The translations under genes and the position numbers were made by a program. Below are positions 1 to 9,729 of a stretch of 64,000 nucleotides of DNA, piece after piece. Source of the DNA: Daphnia carinata (Eukaryota); NCBI RefSeq assembly GCF_022539665.2, contig NC_081332.1, positions 124,001 through 188,000 of the forward strand, read 5' to 3'. The notes beneath the pieces are model-generated. The model saw only the letters and a list, made by a program, of their open reading frames with translations. It ran no database searches and had not been told where the DNA came from. Position 1 is the stretch's first letter; every line of letters begins with the position of its first letter.

Positions 1-298
1 AGACTGCGCTGCCCCAATCTTCAGCGAAGAGGTCGGCGTTAAGTCTTGTGGTGAGTATGTTGGTTTTCTCGTCGAGACGTCGCTCGTAGGTGCGATGGGC
101 CTGATCCCACGAGTCTTGGCTAGTCTGGTCTGGGGATTGAGTTGTTTGGTTGACCCCCTCGGCCGTGTTTTCTGCCATTGGTTCCCAAAACGAGTCAGCA
201 GTGGGCTCCGTTGTTGTCACCACTTCGTTAGCTTGCACCTCGTCACAAATCCCTTCGACGGTGACTTGTTCGTCTTGAACGGTCGTTTGCTTTTCCAT
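1..298 (-). CDS. Extra ORF3 downstream of pol, open past window start
   Basis: ATG at 298 and 99 stop-free codons to the edge (MEKQTTVQDEQVTVEGICDEV...NADLFAEDWGSAV). Not in the ORF track because it has no stop in the window. Confidence 0.6.
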   Translation of the reverse strand, partial: MEKQTTVQDEQVTVEGICDEVQANEVVTTTEPTADSFWEPMAENTAEGVNQTTQSPDQTSQDSWDQAHRTYERRLDEKTNILTTRLNADLFAEDWGSAV

Positions 299-488
299 CT
301 TTCTTTGATGATGCTTTACGATGTGTAAAGAGTCTTGTCAGAGTTGTTACTATAACGAGATGTCGGAAAGATGTGGCGCTCTTCGATCTACTCGCTGTTT
401 TATACTTTCGAGTTTTTTTGTTTTTTTGTTTTTTTGTTTTTTCTCTGAAAAGCGATCAACAGAATTGCATGCGGATGAGTTATCAGAT

Positions 489-1370
489 TTAATCTCTGAA
501 ACGCATTGGCAATTGTCTATTTCTTTGCGGGCGTCCGGTTGCGTTTTGTGGTATCGTTGTTGCTGATGGAACGACATCAGACGCTATCTGCTGCGTTTCA
601 TAATTATCCTTGGAATCATCTTCGGCAATTGGTGTGAGATTGAGGTGATTGCCAAATCCCAGCCTCGTTGTTTCTAACTCCACGGTGTCTGACACCATGT
701 CTTCAGTTTCCACTGTTTCGGATTCCATATTTTCCACATCCACGCTATCTGGATGCTCTTTTTCTGGTTCCACATTTCCTACTTCGCTTGTTTCTTGTTC
801 CAGTTGTTCCTCACTTTCCATTGTTTGGGTCGAGATCGATTTACGGAATCGATTCTCGAATGTTGAAGGCGACTCGATAGGGGGACAATGTTCATCTTTC
901 CATAACATTGTTTCATATAGGGGTTTTAAACGGTTAACGTGCGTACGTGTGCATATATATGAATTGTCGGCTATGTCGACAGTATTATTGGAATATACTT
1001 TTACAATTCTATAAGGGCCTTTATATTTGGAAGTAAATTTCCTACTATCGCCCTCTTTTACAAATCTAATATCTAATAAGACTCTATCTCCTACCAAATA
1101 TTGTTTTACTTTCGCCCTTTTATTATATTGCTCCCTTTGACGTTTTCTGGCTTTTTCGCTCTCCTCACGGACGCGTTGGAAACTATAGCGCAAGCGTTCG
1201 GCTAAGTTACCTACGTAATCCGATGCGGATATAAATGTTTTTGGGGAAGCGTCAAGAAATTCATTGATCGGTAAATTAGGGTCTCTACCGTGTAATAAGT
1301 AATAAGGGGTGTCCAGCGTAGAAGAATGGACAGAACTACGATAAGCAAACAAAACATCATCCATGTTCAC
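489..1370 (-). CDS. pol: Integrase C-terminal part (out of frame with upstream pol)
   Basis: VLFAYRSSVHSS, TPYYLLHGR, and KYKGPYRIV...HVNRLKP (GPY/F motif), separated from the pol ORF by a frameshift near 1357-1370. Confidence 0.9.
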   Translation of the reverse strand: MNMDDVLFAYRSSVHSSTLDTPYYLLHGRDPNLPINEFLDASPKTFISASDYVGNLAERLRYSFQRVREESEKARKRQREQYNKRAKVKQYLVGDRVLLDIRFVKEGDSRKFTSKYKGPYRIVKVYSNNTVDIADNSYICTRTHVNRLKPLYETMLWKDEHCPPIESPSTFENRFRKSISTQTMESEEQLEQETSEVGNVEPEKEHPDSVDVENMESETVETEDMVSDTVELETTRLGFGNHLNLTPIAEDDSKDNYETQQIASDVVPSATTIPQNATGRPQRNRQLPMRFRD

Positions 1371-4300
1371 CGTCTTTTAATTCTTTCCTCAACATTGTTG
1401 TTAATGTTCTATTGAACCTTTCGGTTTCTCCGTTACTAGCTGGATTATAAGAAGTCGTTAGTCGTTGATCAATTTTCAATTTTTTACAAAAGTAACGGAA
1501 TAATTTCGACGTGAAATTAGTTCCGCGGTCTGAAAGAATAGCTTTAGGCATACCGTGTCTAACTATTATTGTTTTGTACACACATTCTGCTGTTGTCTGC
1601 GCAGTCTGATCCTTTAAAGCAACAGCTTCTACCCATCGGCTAAAATAATCTGTGATAACTAAAATGTAACTGTTTCCATTGGGCGAAGCTGGTGTGATAG
1701 GGCCTAGAAAATCCATGCCTATAACTTGAAAAGGGGCCTTTGCAATTTCATGAGGATGCAATAATGCTCTGTAATTTGACGAAGTGTTGGCAATGCATAC
1801 CTCACAAGCTTGACAATATTCTTTTATGTCTTTCCTCATATTTGGCCAATAATAATGATTCTTTACTTTTAAATAGGTTTTATAAAAGGCTAAATGTCCA
1901 CTCATCGGTGCATCATGTAGTTCTTTGAGCACTAGATGACGTAACGATGTAGGTAAGACCAACTGATGGTGAGTTTCGTTTCTTTTGCTATCAGAAGATG
2001 GCAGCACGTGCCGGTAAAGCGTACCGTCAATAACTTCAAAATAATCAATTTCTTTTACCCAATCTGGCTTAGATTGGAGAAAATGTTCTTCAAGTTCACC
2101 GTTATCTAAATAATTTCGAATAGCTATGCAAAGTTCGTCTTCAAATTGTTTTTCACAAATTAATTTAATATTACGTTCGGTTTGGATACTAGCTATTTTT
2201 AAGCGTGACAAGCAATCTGCGTTTTGGTGAATACGTCCCGGTCTGTATTTTAATTCATAATTTGTTGCGGCTAACAGTATAGCCCATCTTCCTAATCTCC
2301 CATTGTTATCTTTCTGATTTTTAAGCCATTGAAGTGGACGATGATCACTAATGATCTCAAAAGGTTGGTCTAAAAGGTAATGTCGAAAATGCTTAATCGC
2401 ATCGATAACCGCAAGTGCCTCTTTTTCGGTCGTACTGTATTTAGCTTCTGCCTTCGTTAGCTGTCTACTGGAATACGCGATTGGGTGCTCGTGACCATTT
2501 TGAATTTGAGACAGTACCGCGCCAATGCCATAATCGCATGCATCGGTAAAAAGGAAAAATTTCTCGTTGAAATTGGGGTAAGCAAGCACTGGTGGAGTCA
2601 CTAAAGATGTACGCAATGTTTCGAAAGCACTATTTTCTTCGTTTCCCCAATTAAAAGGTTTTCTGCTAAGATCTTTATGGGTTAATCTGGTTAACGGTTT
2701 AGCGATTGATCCAAAATTTTTAATAAATCGTCTGTAATACCCAGCTAGACCCAGAAATGATCTGACTTCATCTACCGAAGCTGGCGTTTTATAATTAACT
2801 ATTTTCTCAATTTTATTCGGATCAGGTTTAATACCATCAGTCGAGATGACATGGCCTAAATAATTGACTGAACTTTTAATGAACTGGCATTTTTTAAGTT
2901 TTAATTTTAAATTGGCATTTTTTAATAACTCAAAGATTTCGCGAATATCGTTTAAGTGATCGTCAAAAGTGTCCGAAAAGATGATTACGTCATCCAAGTA
3001 AACTAACGCCTTACTTCCCAAAACGTCTTTCAGTACGTAATTCATTAGTCTTTGAAATGTCGCAGGTGCATTGCACAATCCAAATGCCATACGTTTAAAT
3101 TCATAAAGGTTATTTTCTACTACAAATGCTGTTTTTTCAATAGCCGGCTCATCAACTTGAATTTGCCAGTAACCTGAAGCTAAATCAAGAGTGGTGAAGA
3201 ATTTCTTCCCATACAGTTTGTCCAATGTTTCATCTATCCTCGGCATAGGGAATGAATCTTTTTTAGTAATACTATTCAATTTCCTATAGTCAACGCAAAA
3301 TCTTACTTCCCCACCCTTTTTTTCCACTAAAACCACAGGTGAAGCCCATGGCGAATGTGAATATTGGATCACATTAGCATCCAACATTTCCTGTACTTTA
3401 TCTTCCAATATTTTTCTTTGATTATTTGTAACTCGATAAGGGCGTTGTCGAATAGGGCCTCTTCCTTGTGTATCAATTGTATGTTTAATGAGATTAGTGT
3501 TCCCTAATTCTGAATCTTTTGCTGCGAACAAGTCGTGAAAGTCATTTAATAGTTTTGAGAGCGGAGCTTGAAATTCAGCGTCGACTTCTGAAATTAAAAC
3601 GGGCTCACTTTTAATAGTAGGCTTTTCTTCTAATTTACTTAAAGCAATTTTCCCAATTGCGTTGTGAATAATCTCAATTACGCCTAATGTAGTGTTCCTA
3701 GGAAGTATGACTTGATTTAACGAATGATTCTCGACCATAATTTTATATTTCCCATCTTTAGCTACGTTTCCAATGAATTCCTCAATAAAAATACCGTTCG
3801 GCAAATCCTCTGCTGGGGTAAACATAAATGTGGTATTAGGGGGGACATACGGAAATGAACCTTTCATTTGCGTTGCAATTACTAGCGAAGTCTGACGAAA
3901 TAACGTCGTCTTTTTGACCGTCGTAACTGCCATGTCTGGTACCCTAGAGATGGCTGATCCCTGCTCATCCCTTGCTAAATAAATACTTCTGGCTTCTCCG
4001 TCAAGCCGAAAACCGTGCTTCTGGATTGCATCCCATCCAAGGATACAGTCTTCAGAAACACCATTTGTAACAATAAACTCTTGTCTTAAAACTGACTCTC
4101 CGTATCGTACGGGCAATGTAACTCTTCCCAGCGTATGTAACTTTTTCTCCCCTACATCATACAAATCGAAATCAAGCTGACTGCAGATCGCCTGACCTCT
4201 CGGGGGTAACTTATGAAATATTCTCTCGTGAATAATGCTTTTAGACGCGCCTGTATCAAATAATGCTTGCAACGGTATCTGGAAAATTTTTAATGGAATT

Positions 4301-4410
4301 CTAGGGGTCGATTCATTTGTTATAGTTGTTAATTTTGCGACTTGTCGGGATTTTAACTGAGGCTCCCTATCAACTGACCCGAAGTTACAGTTGATATCTA
4401 TTGGTTTCCC
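1357..4410 (-). CDS. pol: Pol: aspartic protease, reverse transcriptase, RNase H, integrase (N-terminal part and core)
   Basis: LFDTGA; RFCVDYRKLN, LDLASGYWQ and YLDD; LFTDAC and IISDHRPL; H-H-C-C zinc finger; MDF, SDRG and ETERFN DDE motifs. Confidence 0.97.
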   Translation of the reverse strand, partial: GKPIDINCNFGSVDREPQLKSRQVAKLTTITNESTPRIPLKIFQIPLQALFDTGASKSIIHERIFHKLPPRGQAICSQLDFDLYDVGEKKLHTLGRVTLPVRYGESVLRQEFIVTNGVSEDCILGWDAIQKHGFRLDGEARSIYLARDEQGSAISRVPDMAVTTVKKTTLFRQTSLVIATQMKGSFPYVPPNTTFMFTPAEDLPNGIFIEEFIGNVAKDGKYKIMVENHSLNQVILPRNTTLGVIEIIHNAIGKIALSKLEEKPTIKSEPVLISEVDAEFQAPLSKLLNDFHDLFAAKDSELGNTNLIKHTIDTQGRGPIRQRPYRVTNNQRKILEDKVQEMLDANVIQYSHSPWASPVVLVEKKGGEVRFCVDYRKLNSITKKDSFPMPRIDETLDKLYGKKFFTTLDLASGYWQIQVDEPAIEKTAFVVENNLYEFKRMAFGLCNAPATFQRLMNYVLKDVLGSKALVYLDDVIIFSDTFDDHLNDIREIFELLKNANLKLKLKKCQFIKSSVNYLGHVISTDGIKPDPNKIEKIVNYKTPASVDEVRSFLGLAGYYRRFIKNFGSIAKPLTRLTHKDLSRKPFNWGNEENSAFETLRTSLVTPPVLAYPNFNEKFFLFTDACDYGIGAVLSQIQNGHEHPIAYSSRQLTKAEAKYSTTEKEALAVIDAIKHFRHYLLDQPFEIISDHRPLQWLKNQKDNNGRLGRWAILLAATNYELKYRPGRIHQNADCLSRLKIASIQTERNIKLICEKQFEDELCIAIRNYLDNGELEEHFLQSKPDWVKEIDYFEVIDGTLYRHVLPSSDSKRNETHHQLVLPTSLRHLVLKELHDAPMSGHLAFYKTYLKVKNHYYWPNMRKDIKEYCQACEVCIANTSSNYRALLHPHEIAKAPFQVIGMDFLGPITPASPNGNSYILVITDYFSRWVEAVALKDQTAQTTAECVYKTIIVRHGMPKAILSDRGTNFTSKLFRYFCKKLKIDQRLTTSYNPASNGETERFNRTLTTMLRKELKDGEHG
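4368..4410 (-). promoter_or_regulatory. -1 programmed ribosomal frameshift signal (gag to pol)
   Basis: Slippery heptamer G_GGA_AAC just before the gag TAG, 7-nt spacer, then a TATCAACTG/CAGTTGATA stem with C-UUCG-G in the loop. The -1 frame is open from here into the protease (GKPIDINCNFG...LFDTGA). Confidence 0.88.
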
Positions 4411-7193
4411 TGACGCTGAGGAGGACCTGGAATATTCGGTCTATCGGAGCTCCTGAACTTAGGACAGTTATTCGATTTGTGTCCGATTTCACGACAAGAA
4501 TAACAAATTGGAGGCTGTGCTTGTTCTAAATTATGCCGTTGGAATTTACGGCATTCCGATTGTGTATGCCCACGAAAACCGCAGAAATTGCAAGTTATTC
4601 CATTTTGTGGAGGTCTATTTCTCGAATCATTAAAAGGTCTCGAAAACGAAGGCGTGAACTGTGTAGGTCTATTGGAAAATCCCGGATTTTGGTAAGAATT
4701 GGTGTTATTATTGGGTCGATGAGGAGGAGGTCTCCAATTTCTGTCTTGATTGCCGCTATTGGTTTGGAACGAAACTTGTTTCTTATAAGGGTTGCCTGTT
4801 GGAGAAGAAGAATAATCTTTCTTGTCCATTTGTAGCTGTTTTACTGCTTGCGTGAGTTCATGAAGAACATCCCTAATGTCTTCCCTGTTTTCTTTCGGGC
4901 TTTCCACTTTTTTATTCCCCTGATTGATATTAGCAACGACATTATTGACTATTTCCTTCTGGTCGATTAACATTTGCTTGAGTTCCGTCAACTCCGAATG
5001 TTTCGTGTCACACGACCCATCGATTGCCCTAACGAATTCATGTTTTTCCCGATCTGTCTCTAAAGCTTCCAGACGAACGGCATAAATACGTGTTGACGCA
5101 ACAAGCTCGGTAAAGTTGCGAAATTCCTTATAACGAACTTTGGCCTGCAATTTGGAATCCAACCCCTCGATAAATTTTTGCATAAGGATGATTGTGAACG
5201 ATTTCTCAGCATAACCTTCTGGATACGCCTTCTTAAAAATCTCGTGCAAGCGGTGCGCATAGTCGACAATTTTTTCGCCTGGTTTACGTTTAGCCTTATT
5301 GAATTTTTTAATATAGACATCGACGTTTTCATCCCCATGGAAGTGATCAAATAAAGCTTCTTTAATAGCCGCATAATCATACGGATGTTGCCTTATAATG
5401 TTTTGGAGTACTGAAAAAGCCTTATCTGACATTTTAGCTCGCAGCATCTGAATAATCTTTTCTTCTGACCATGATGCCCCATCAACTATGCTTTCAAAAG
5501 ATTCTAGCCAAGAGTCGAAGCGAGAAATTGGACTTCCCGTAAAGGAAGGAAGCAATTGTAGGCGCGAAAAAGTGTGTTGGTTTGTCTGAAAGTCATTTAA
5601 GTCGTTGACTGTGGCTGCGCGTGAAGGGGAACAAGATTTGGCCATTTTGGGATCGAATATGGGAGGATTCAACGTCTTCCGCCTTGGATTCGGAGGGTGT
5701 CCTGAAATGCTGTTCGTAATCGCCTCAGTTGCGCTATCAGATCTTCCTGCTGGCTGGATTGCTGGGCTTGAGGAGGGTGTTGAGTGCGTGACTGGCTGGA
5801 AGGCCGATTTCTTTGGCGTGCTCGCCTTCTCCTCAGAATGCGTTCCGACAGCGGCGATTCCTGCGGACTCGGCGTGGTTTGCTGTTCTTCCTGGGTTCTC
5901 GGAATGTATGATAGCAACTGTCTCAATTCGTAGGTAGCCGGGATGAGTGTTTCCAAGATTTCCTTCGCTTTCCGCTGTCCGTCCGGTTGCACCGACGTCC
6001 GGAAGTTGTTGAATTTGGTCTGAAGCGATGTTAGTTCCGGCAATAATCCCTCCAAACTGCTTATGGACTGAACTTTTCTTAGGTAAGGGACCAGACGGAG
6101 GATGTCCTTGAGGAACTTCAGCTGGTACTCCCGCAGGGTGTCCTTTAGGTAGGTTGAGAACTGCGATATCTCGATTGCTAGACGGGAATATGTCTTGTCC
6201 TCGAGGTTGTTGAGCAAGCTTTCCTTGGGGGCAAAGTTGAAGAGGTACTTGTCCTTCGCCGGCGTGAATGTCAGCAACTCGACGATGTTGTAAGTCTGTC
6301 CTAGTAGGTAAATCGTAAACTCCCTCGCATAGGTTGTGAAGATTGCTGTCAACGTGGCCACTTGGTTCTCCGCAACCTGTGCCGTTGTCCTGGTTTGTCC
6401 AATTGCTATCGTTTCCAGAATTGTTCCCAAATCTTTCAGGAGTGTCTTCGGGTTTTTCAAATCCGTTGTCACGTTGGCTTGGTATTGGTACCGCAGCCGG
6501 ATTGTTTGCATCAACGATCGTAGTTGTTCCCAAATTAACGGATTGGTTGATTTGAAATCCAATTCCCTCTCCTTGAGGTACCTGAGCGTCAGTAGTAGGG
6601 ACGGTAACTGACTCGTTGGTGCCGGGAATATTCTCGATTGGTTGGTCGTGATCTCGTGGTATAGGTGATGGAGACTCACTTTGGGTTGACCGTCCATTCA
6701 CTGGGCTTTTCTTTTGGAAAAAGCTTAAAAGAGTGCTCGAGAGAAAACTGGTCTTTGATGTGTTTCCCACAGGTGATTTTATGGGAGAAAAACGAGACGC
6801 TAACCTTGCATAAACTGACGGTGCGGGCTGAGTAGGTGTAACGGAAGCTTTGCTACGGCCCCAAATTTTCTTAGTGGGAGTTTTAACTAATGGGGCTACG
6901 GCCTCATACGCGGTGTTAGACCTCAATTTCTTCAACTGGGTTTTATCTGTCTGTACTTTAGGAGTTAAAACGGGAGAGGTAGATGGTTTAATGGCTTCTG
7001 TCTCTTTATCTGAAATCTGACTGCCTTGAGATGACTGTGGAACGGTCGCGGTAGAAGCTGACAATTTTTCAAAACTAATCAATTTAGCAATCGTTTCGTC
7101 ATTGATTTGCACTACGGGTGTTACAGGAATAAGCGGAGTGTTCAAAGGTGTACGAGAAAGTTTATGCCCACCTGACATAACATCGTCCATCAT
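4398..7193 (-). CDS. gag: Gag polyprotein (long disordered N-terminus, capsid region, two CCHC zinc knuckles)
   Basis: 931-aa ORF. LPSFTGSPISRFDSWLESFE and KRKPGEKIVDYAHRL capsid-like motifs; CNFCGFRGHTQSEC and CYSCREIGHKSNNC knuckles. Confidence 0.93.
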   Translation of the reverse strand: MMDDVMSGGHKLSRTPLNTPLIPVTPVVQINDETIAKLISFEKLSASTATVPQSSQGSQISDKETEAIKPSTSPVLTPKVQTDKTQLKKLRSNTAYEAVAPLVKTPTKKIWGRSKASVTPTQPAPSVYARLASRFSPIKSPVGNTSKTSFLSSTLLSFFQKKSPVNGRSTQSESPSPIPRDHDQPIENIPGTNESVTVPTTDAQVPQGEGIGFQINQSVNLGTTTIVDANNPAAVPIPSQRDNGFEKPEDTPERFGNNSGNDSNWTNQDNGTGCGEPSGHVDSNLHNLCEGVYDLPTRTDLQHRRVADIHAGEGQVPLQLCPQGKLAQQPRGQDIFPSSNRDIAVLNLPKGHPAGVPAEVPQGHPPSGPLPKKSSVHKQFGGIIAGTNIASDQIQQLPDVGATGRTAESEGNLGNTHPGYLRIETVAIIHSENPGRTANHAESAGIAAVGTHSEEKASTPKKSAFQPVTHSTPSSSPAIQPAGRSDSATEAITNSISGHPPNPRRKTLNPPIFDPKMAKSCSPSRAATVNDLNDFQTNQHTFSRLQLLPSFTGSPISRFDSWLESFESIVDGASWSEEKIIQMLRAKMSDKAFSVLQNIIRQHPYDYAAIKEALFDHFHGDENVDVYIKKFNKAKRKPGEKIVDYAHRLHEIFKKAYPEGYAEKSFTIILMQKFIEGLDSKLQAKVRYKEFRNFTELVASTRIYAVRLEALETDREKHEFVRAIDGSCDTKHSELTELKQMLIDQKEIVNNVVANINQGNKKVESPKENREDIRDVLHELTQAVKQLQMDKKDYSSSPTGNPYKKQVSFQTNSGNQDRNWRPPPHRPNNNTNSYQNPGFSNRPTQFTPSFSRPFNDSRNRPPQNGITCNFCGFRGHTQSECRKFQRHNLEQAQPPICYSCREIGHKSNNCPKFRSSDRPNIPGPPQRQGNQ
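5669..6697 (-). CDS. Hypothetical 342-aa protein overprinted in the +1 frame of gag
   Basis: ATG-initiated, stop-free 1029-nt frame wholly inside gag; Leu/Ile-rich helical-looking body and Arg-rich C-terminus. Confidence 0.6.
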   Translation of the reverse strand: MDGQPKVSLHHLYHEITTNQSRIFPAPTSQLPSLLLTLRYLKERELDFKSTNPLIWEQLRSLMQTIRLRYQYQANVTTDLKNPKTLLKDLGTILETIAIGQTRTTAQVAENQVATLTAIFTTYAREFTIYLLGQTYNIVELLTFTPAKDKYLFNFAPKESLLNNLEDKTYSRLAIEISQFSTYLKDTLREYQLKFLKDILRLVPYLRKVQSISSLEGLLPELTSLQTKFNNFRTSVQPDGQRKAKEILETLIPATYELRQLLSYIPRTQEEQQTTPSPQESPLSERILRRRRARQRNRPSSQSRTQHPPQAQQSSQQEDLIAQLRRLRTAFQDTLRIQGGRR

Positions 7194-7213
7194 TGTGGTA
7201 GAGCTCTGAAAAA

Positions 7214-7224
7214 CGCTGCCACCA
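7214..7224 (-). promoter_or_regulatory. Primer binding site, tRNA-Leu type
   Basis: TGGTGGCAGCG is complementary to the 3' end ...CGCUGCCACCA of eukaryotic tRNA-Leu; lies 3 nt after the LTR CA. Confidence 0.8.
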
Positions 7225-7227
7225 TTA

Positions 7228-7994
7228 TGTAAAGCATCTTCCTCGTGGGAAGACTGACTTTACTGTATTAAGACAAAAGGAAATAATAACGAGCTCGGAG
7301 GCGTATTTCCCACAATGATGGATTTATTATCCCAGATTAAGCATACTACATTAAGCAAGAACATAAAGAGAAATAAAGATACCGTAGGGAAACTAAAGAG
7401 AGAAAGAGAGACAATTATAACCAAGTCTTACCGTGATCACACGAGTGGGTAGCGGAAAGATATCGACACGGAAGCGAACGAGATAACCTCACGCTCACGA
7501 AGTCAATTCACAATCAAATAGATTGAACAAGTGTTTAAGAAAAAGGACAAATGCACTGTCCAAGAATAACTAAGTTCGAACAGATGCAATTTAAAGCAAG
7601 TTAAGCAAATAAAGTTACACGAAAGAGTACAGTTTACTACGCAATACTATTAACCAAAAGATAAGAGCAACAAGAATAAATTCAGGCGACTACCTTACTC
7701 AGCTGCAAGTTCTTGTCTGATCTTTATCATATTTTGGGTTCACGATTACACTTCGCATATTGGCAAATTGGTGAGTTGCTGTGCGAGTATTTGCAACCAA
7801 TCAAAGATGTTTAAAATGGCGTGATAATGGTGCGATGATGGGCGCCAATCAAAGATGTTTTATAAGTGACGTGATGCTGATGACACATGGATGCGTCAGC
7901 TAGCTAGCAGGTGTTCATCTAGGTCACCCGTGTTGCGTATGTATATTGTTGCCATGGACATGTTTTATACTAATTACTTATTAAAGATACTACA
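7228..7994 (-). repeat. 5' LTR of the Gypsy element (~767 bp)
   Basis: Minus strand starts TGTAGTATCTT (7994) and ends AAGATGCTTTACA (7228): TG...CA with imperfect terminal inverted repeats. PBS follows after 3 nt. The partner LTR is outside the window, so the 7994 end is unconfirmed. Confidence 0.8.
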
Positions 7995-8122
7995 GAAAGG
8001 GCATATAAGTTGAAGATGTATATTCAAGTTTATCTTAAAATATATCATTCAGTCAAAAAACAATTTCCATTTTTTATTTCAATTAATCGGAATTTTATTT
8101 CATTTTATAATAGTAAGAAATG

Positions 8123-9540
8123 TTAATTTACGAGCGCTCTCCTGCCAACTCTGATTGTTTTACAGTCGCTATTGGTGCGCGTTAAGAGATTGAAGCCTGA
8201 CCAGTTATCCGGAGTCCAGAACCTGCCCTGAAACCAATTCCGCTCCATATATTCCATTAGTGCTGGAAGTTCGCTAGGTGCAGAGCTCTTAAAGGCGTCG
8301 AACGCTCCAGGAATTTTACCAGATAAACAAAATGAAAGTTCACAAATGTTACATATGACCATTGAATTGAATAATTCTTTGCTATTTACCAAAAAGATAT
8401 GCAAGGCATAGCAGGCAAAACACAGTAGAAGTCTCGAACTGGATTCGGTCCGTTGTTTTTGTAGAGGGTGGCAAGAAGAAGATCCTTGACGTTCTTATCA
8501 AAATGGCAGGGCACCAGTGAAAATTGCAGCCAAAGTGCTTGCCATCCACAAAGTGTTGGGGACAGCAATAAATATATCGCATTTGAAGTCGGTCACGATA
8601 CGCTGAACTAGAAAGCGGGATAATATCCTATACAATTAAAAATTTAGTATTTTTACATAATATATTATTTGAAGATGAGATAGTGGTTATACCTTATTCT
8701 TCTGGAATACAGCAGGCTGCTCTTCTCCGCAAGAATACTTGTTTTATTTCATTCTTATGATTCTTGATTAACCCATTGACTGTGAAGAGCTATGTAGAGA
8801 TCAATAGTTTATAGTTAAGTTTCATTACATTGCCAAAGTAATTAAATGCACCTATCTGATGGGTTGATGCCCAAAATGGAAGGTTGCGTCCATAAACCAT
8901 GTTTTGTAGTCTTCCAGTTGGCGATTTATGGTAGGCGTGAAGAATAAAAGGTGCAGGGCACGGTTTCCGGCCGTTCCAGCGAAAATGGCACCGTGAAACC
9001 AGTCCGTTGGGGAAAAATAAATCTCTACTACAGGAAAGAAAGGGTCATCGTTACTGGGGTTGGCGGGAATAGCCTTCACTCTTTTGAAGCTGGAATATGG
9101 ACTTTAAAAATTAACCCTAATCCTAACATTTTACAAAAATATATTTTACCATAAACGACCTGAGTCCAAATCAGAATCCGGCATGTTTCTTCCTTCTATG
9201 GAATTCCGCTTTTTCAATTCAGCAAATAAAATCTCCCTGGGGTCCAGAAATCTTTGATCGGCATAGGTTTTCTTCGTTTCTCTGAAGATTTCAACCTATA
9301 AAGATGTGCGACACTCTAAGTGCATAGTGTGGCACAGAGAAGGATGATGGAGATGAGGGTGATAGAAATGCAGATGAAACGATGATAGTTTGGGGACGTG
9401 ACTAGGCTTTATTTCTTTGTGAAAATTTGACTGGAAACAAAAAGACTTGGGTGGACTTAGGAGAAAAATAACTAGCTTACCTGGTTTAAGGCTTTCTTTA
9501 GAGGTGAATAGTTCGTACTGCAACGTGCATTCTTCCAAAG
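8123..9540 (-). pseudogene. Degenerate Mutator (MULE) transposase
   Basis: Fragmented frames with WFMDATF, RIVTDF, HFGCNFHWC and LMEYMERNWF...RTNSDC motifs typical of MULE DDE domains. Confidence 0.75.
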
Positions 9541-9729
9541 TTTAAGCCACTAAGTCTCACACCTCACGCCACACATCTCACTGGAAACTAATAGCTAGCA
9601 GGATTGCGTTAGTTAAGGAAAAAGAAACAAAAAATGAGGTATCATCATCATCAGTCCCTTTGCATTTCGTTTAAAAAAATTCTGCCACCCTTAACGAACA
9701 TGAGCTATTTTTTATCGACAAAGAAACAC

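Larger units (their letters stand above)
1..7994 (-). mobile_element. Ty3/Gypsy LTR retrotransposon, 3' part continues beyond window start
   Basis: LTR, PBS, gag with two CCHC knuckles, and pol in PR-RT-RH-IN order, which is the Gypsy arrangement. Confidence 0.97.

Noticed and set aside
649..1014. Plus-strand ORFs antisense to gag/pol (also 4533-4835, 5605-5937, 6336-6611)
   Set aside because: Short, mostly non-ATG starts, and explained as shadows of the coding strand.
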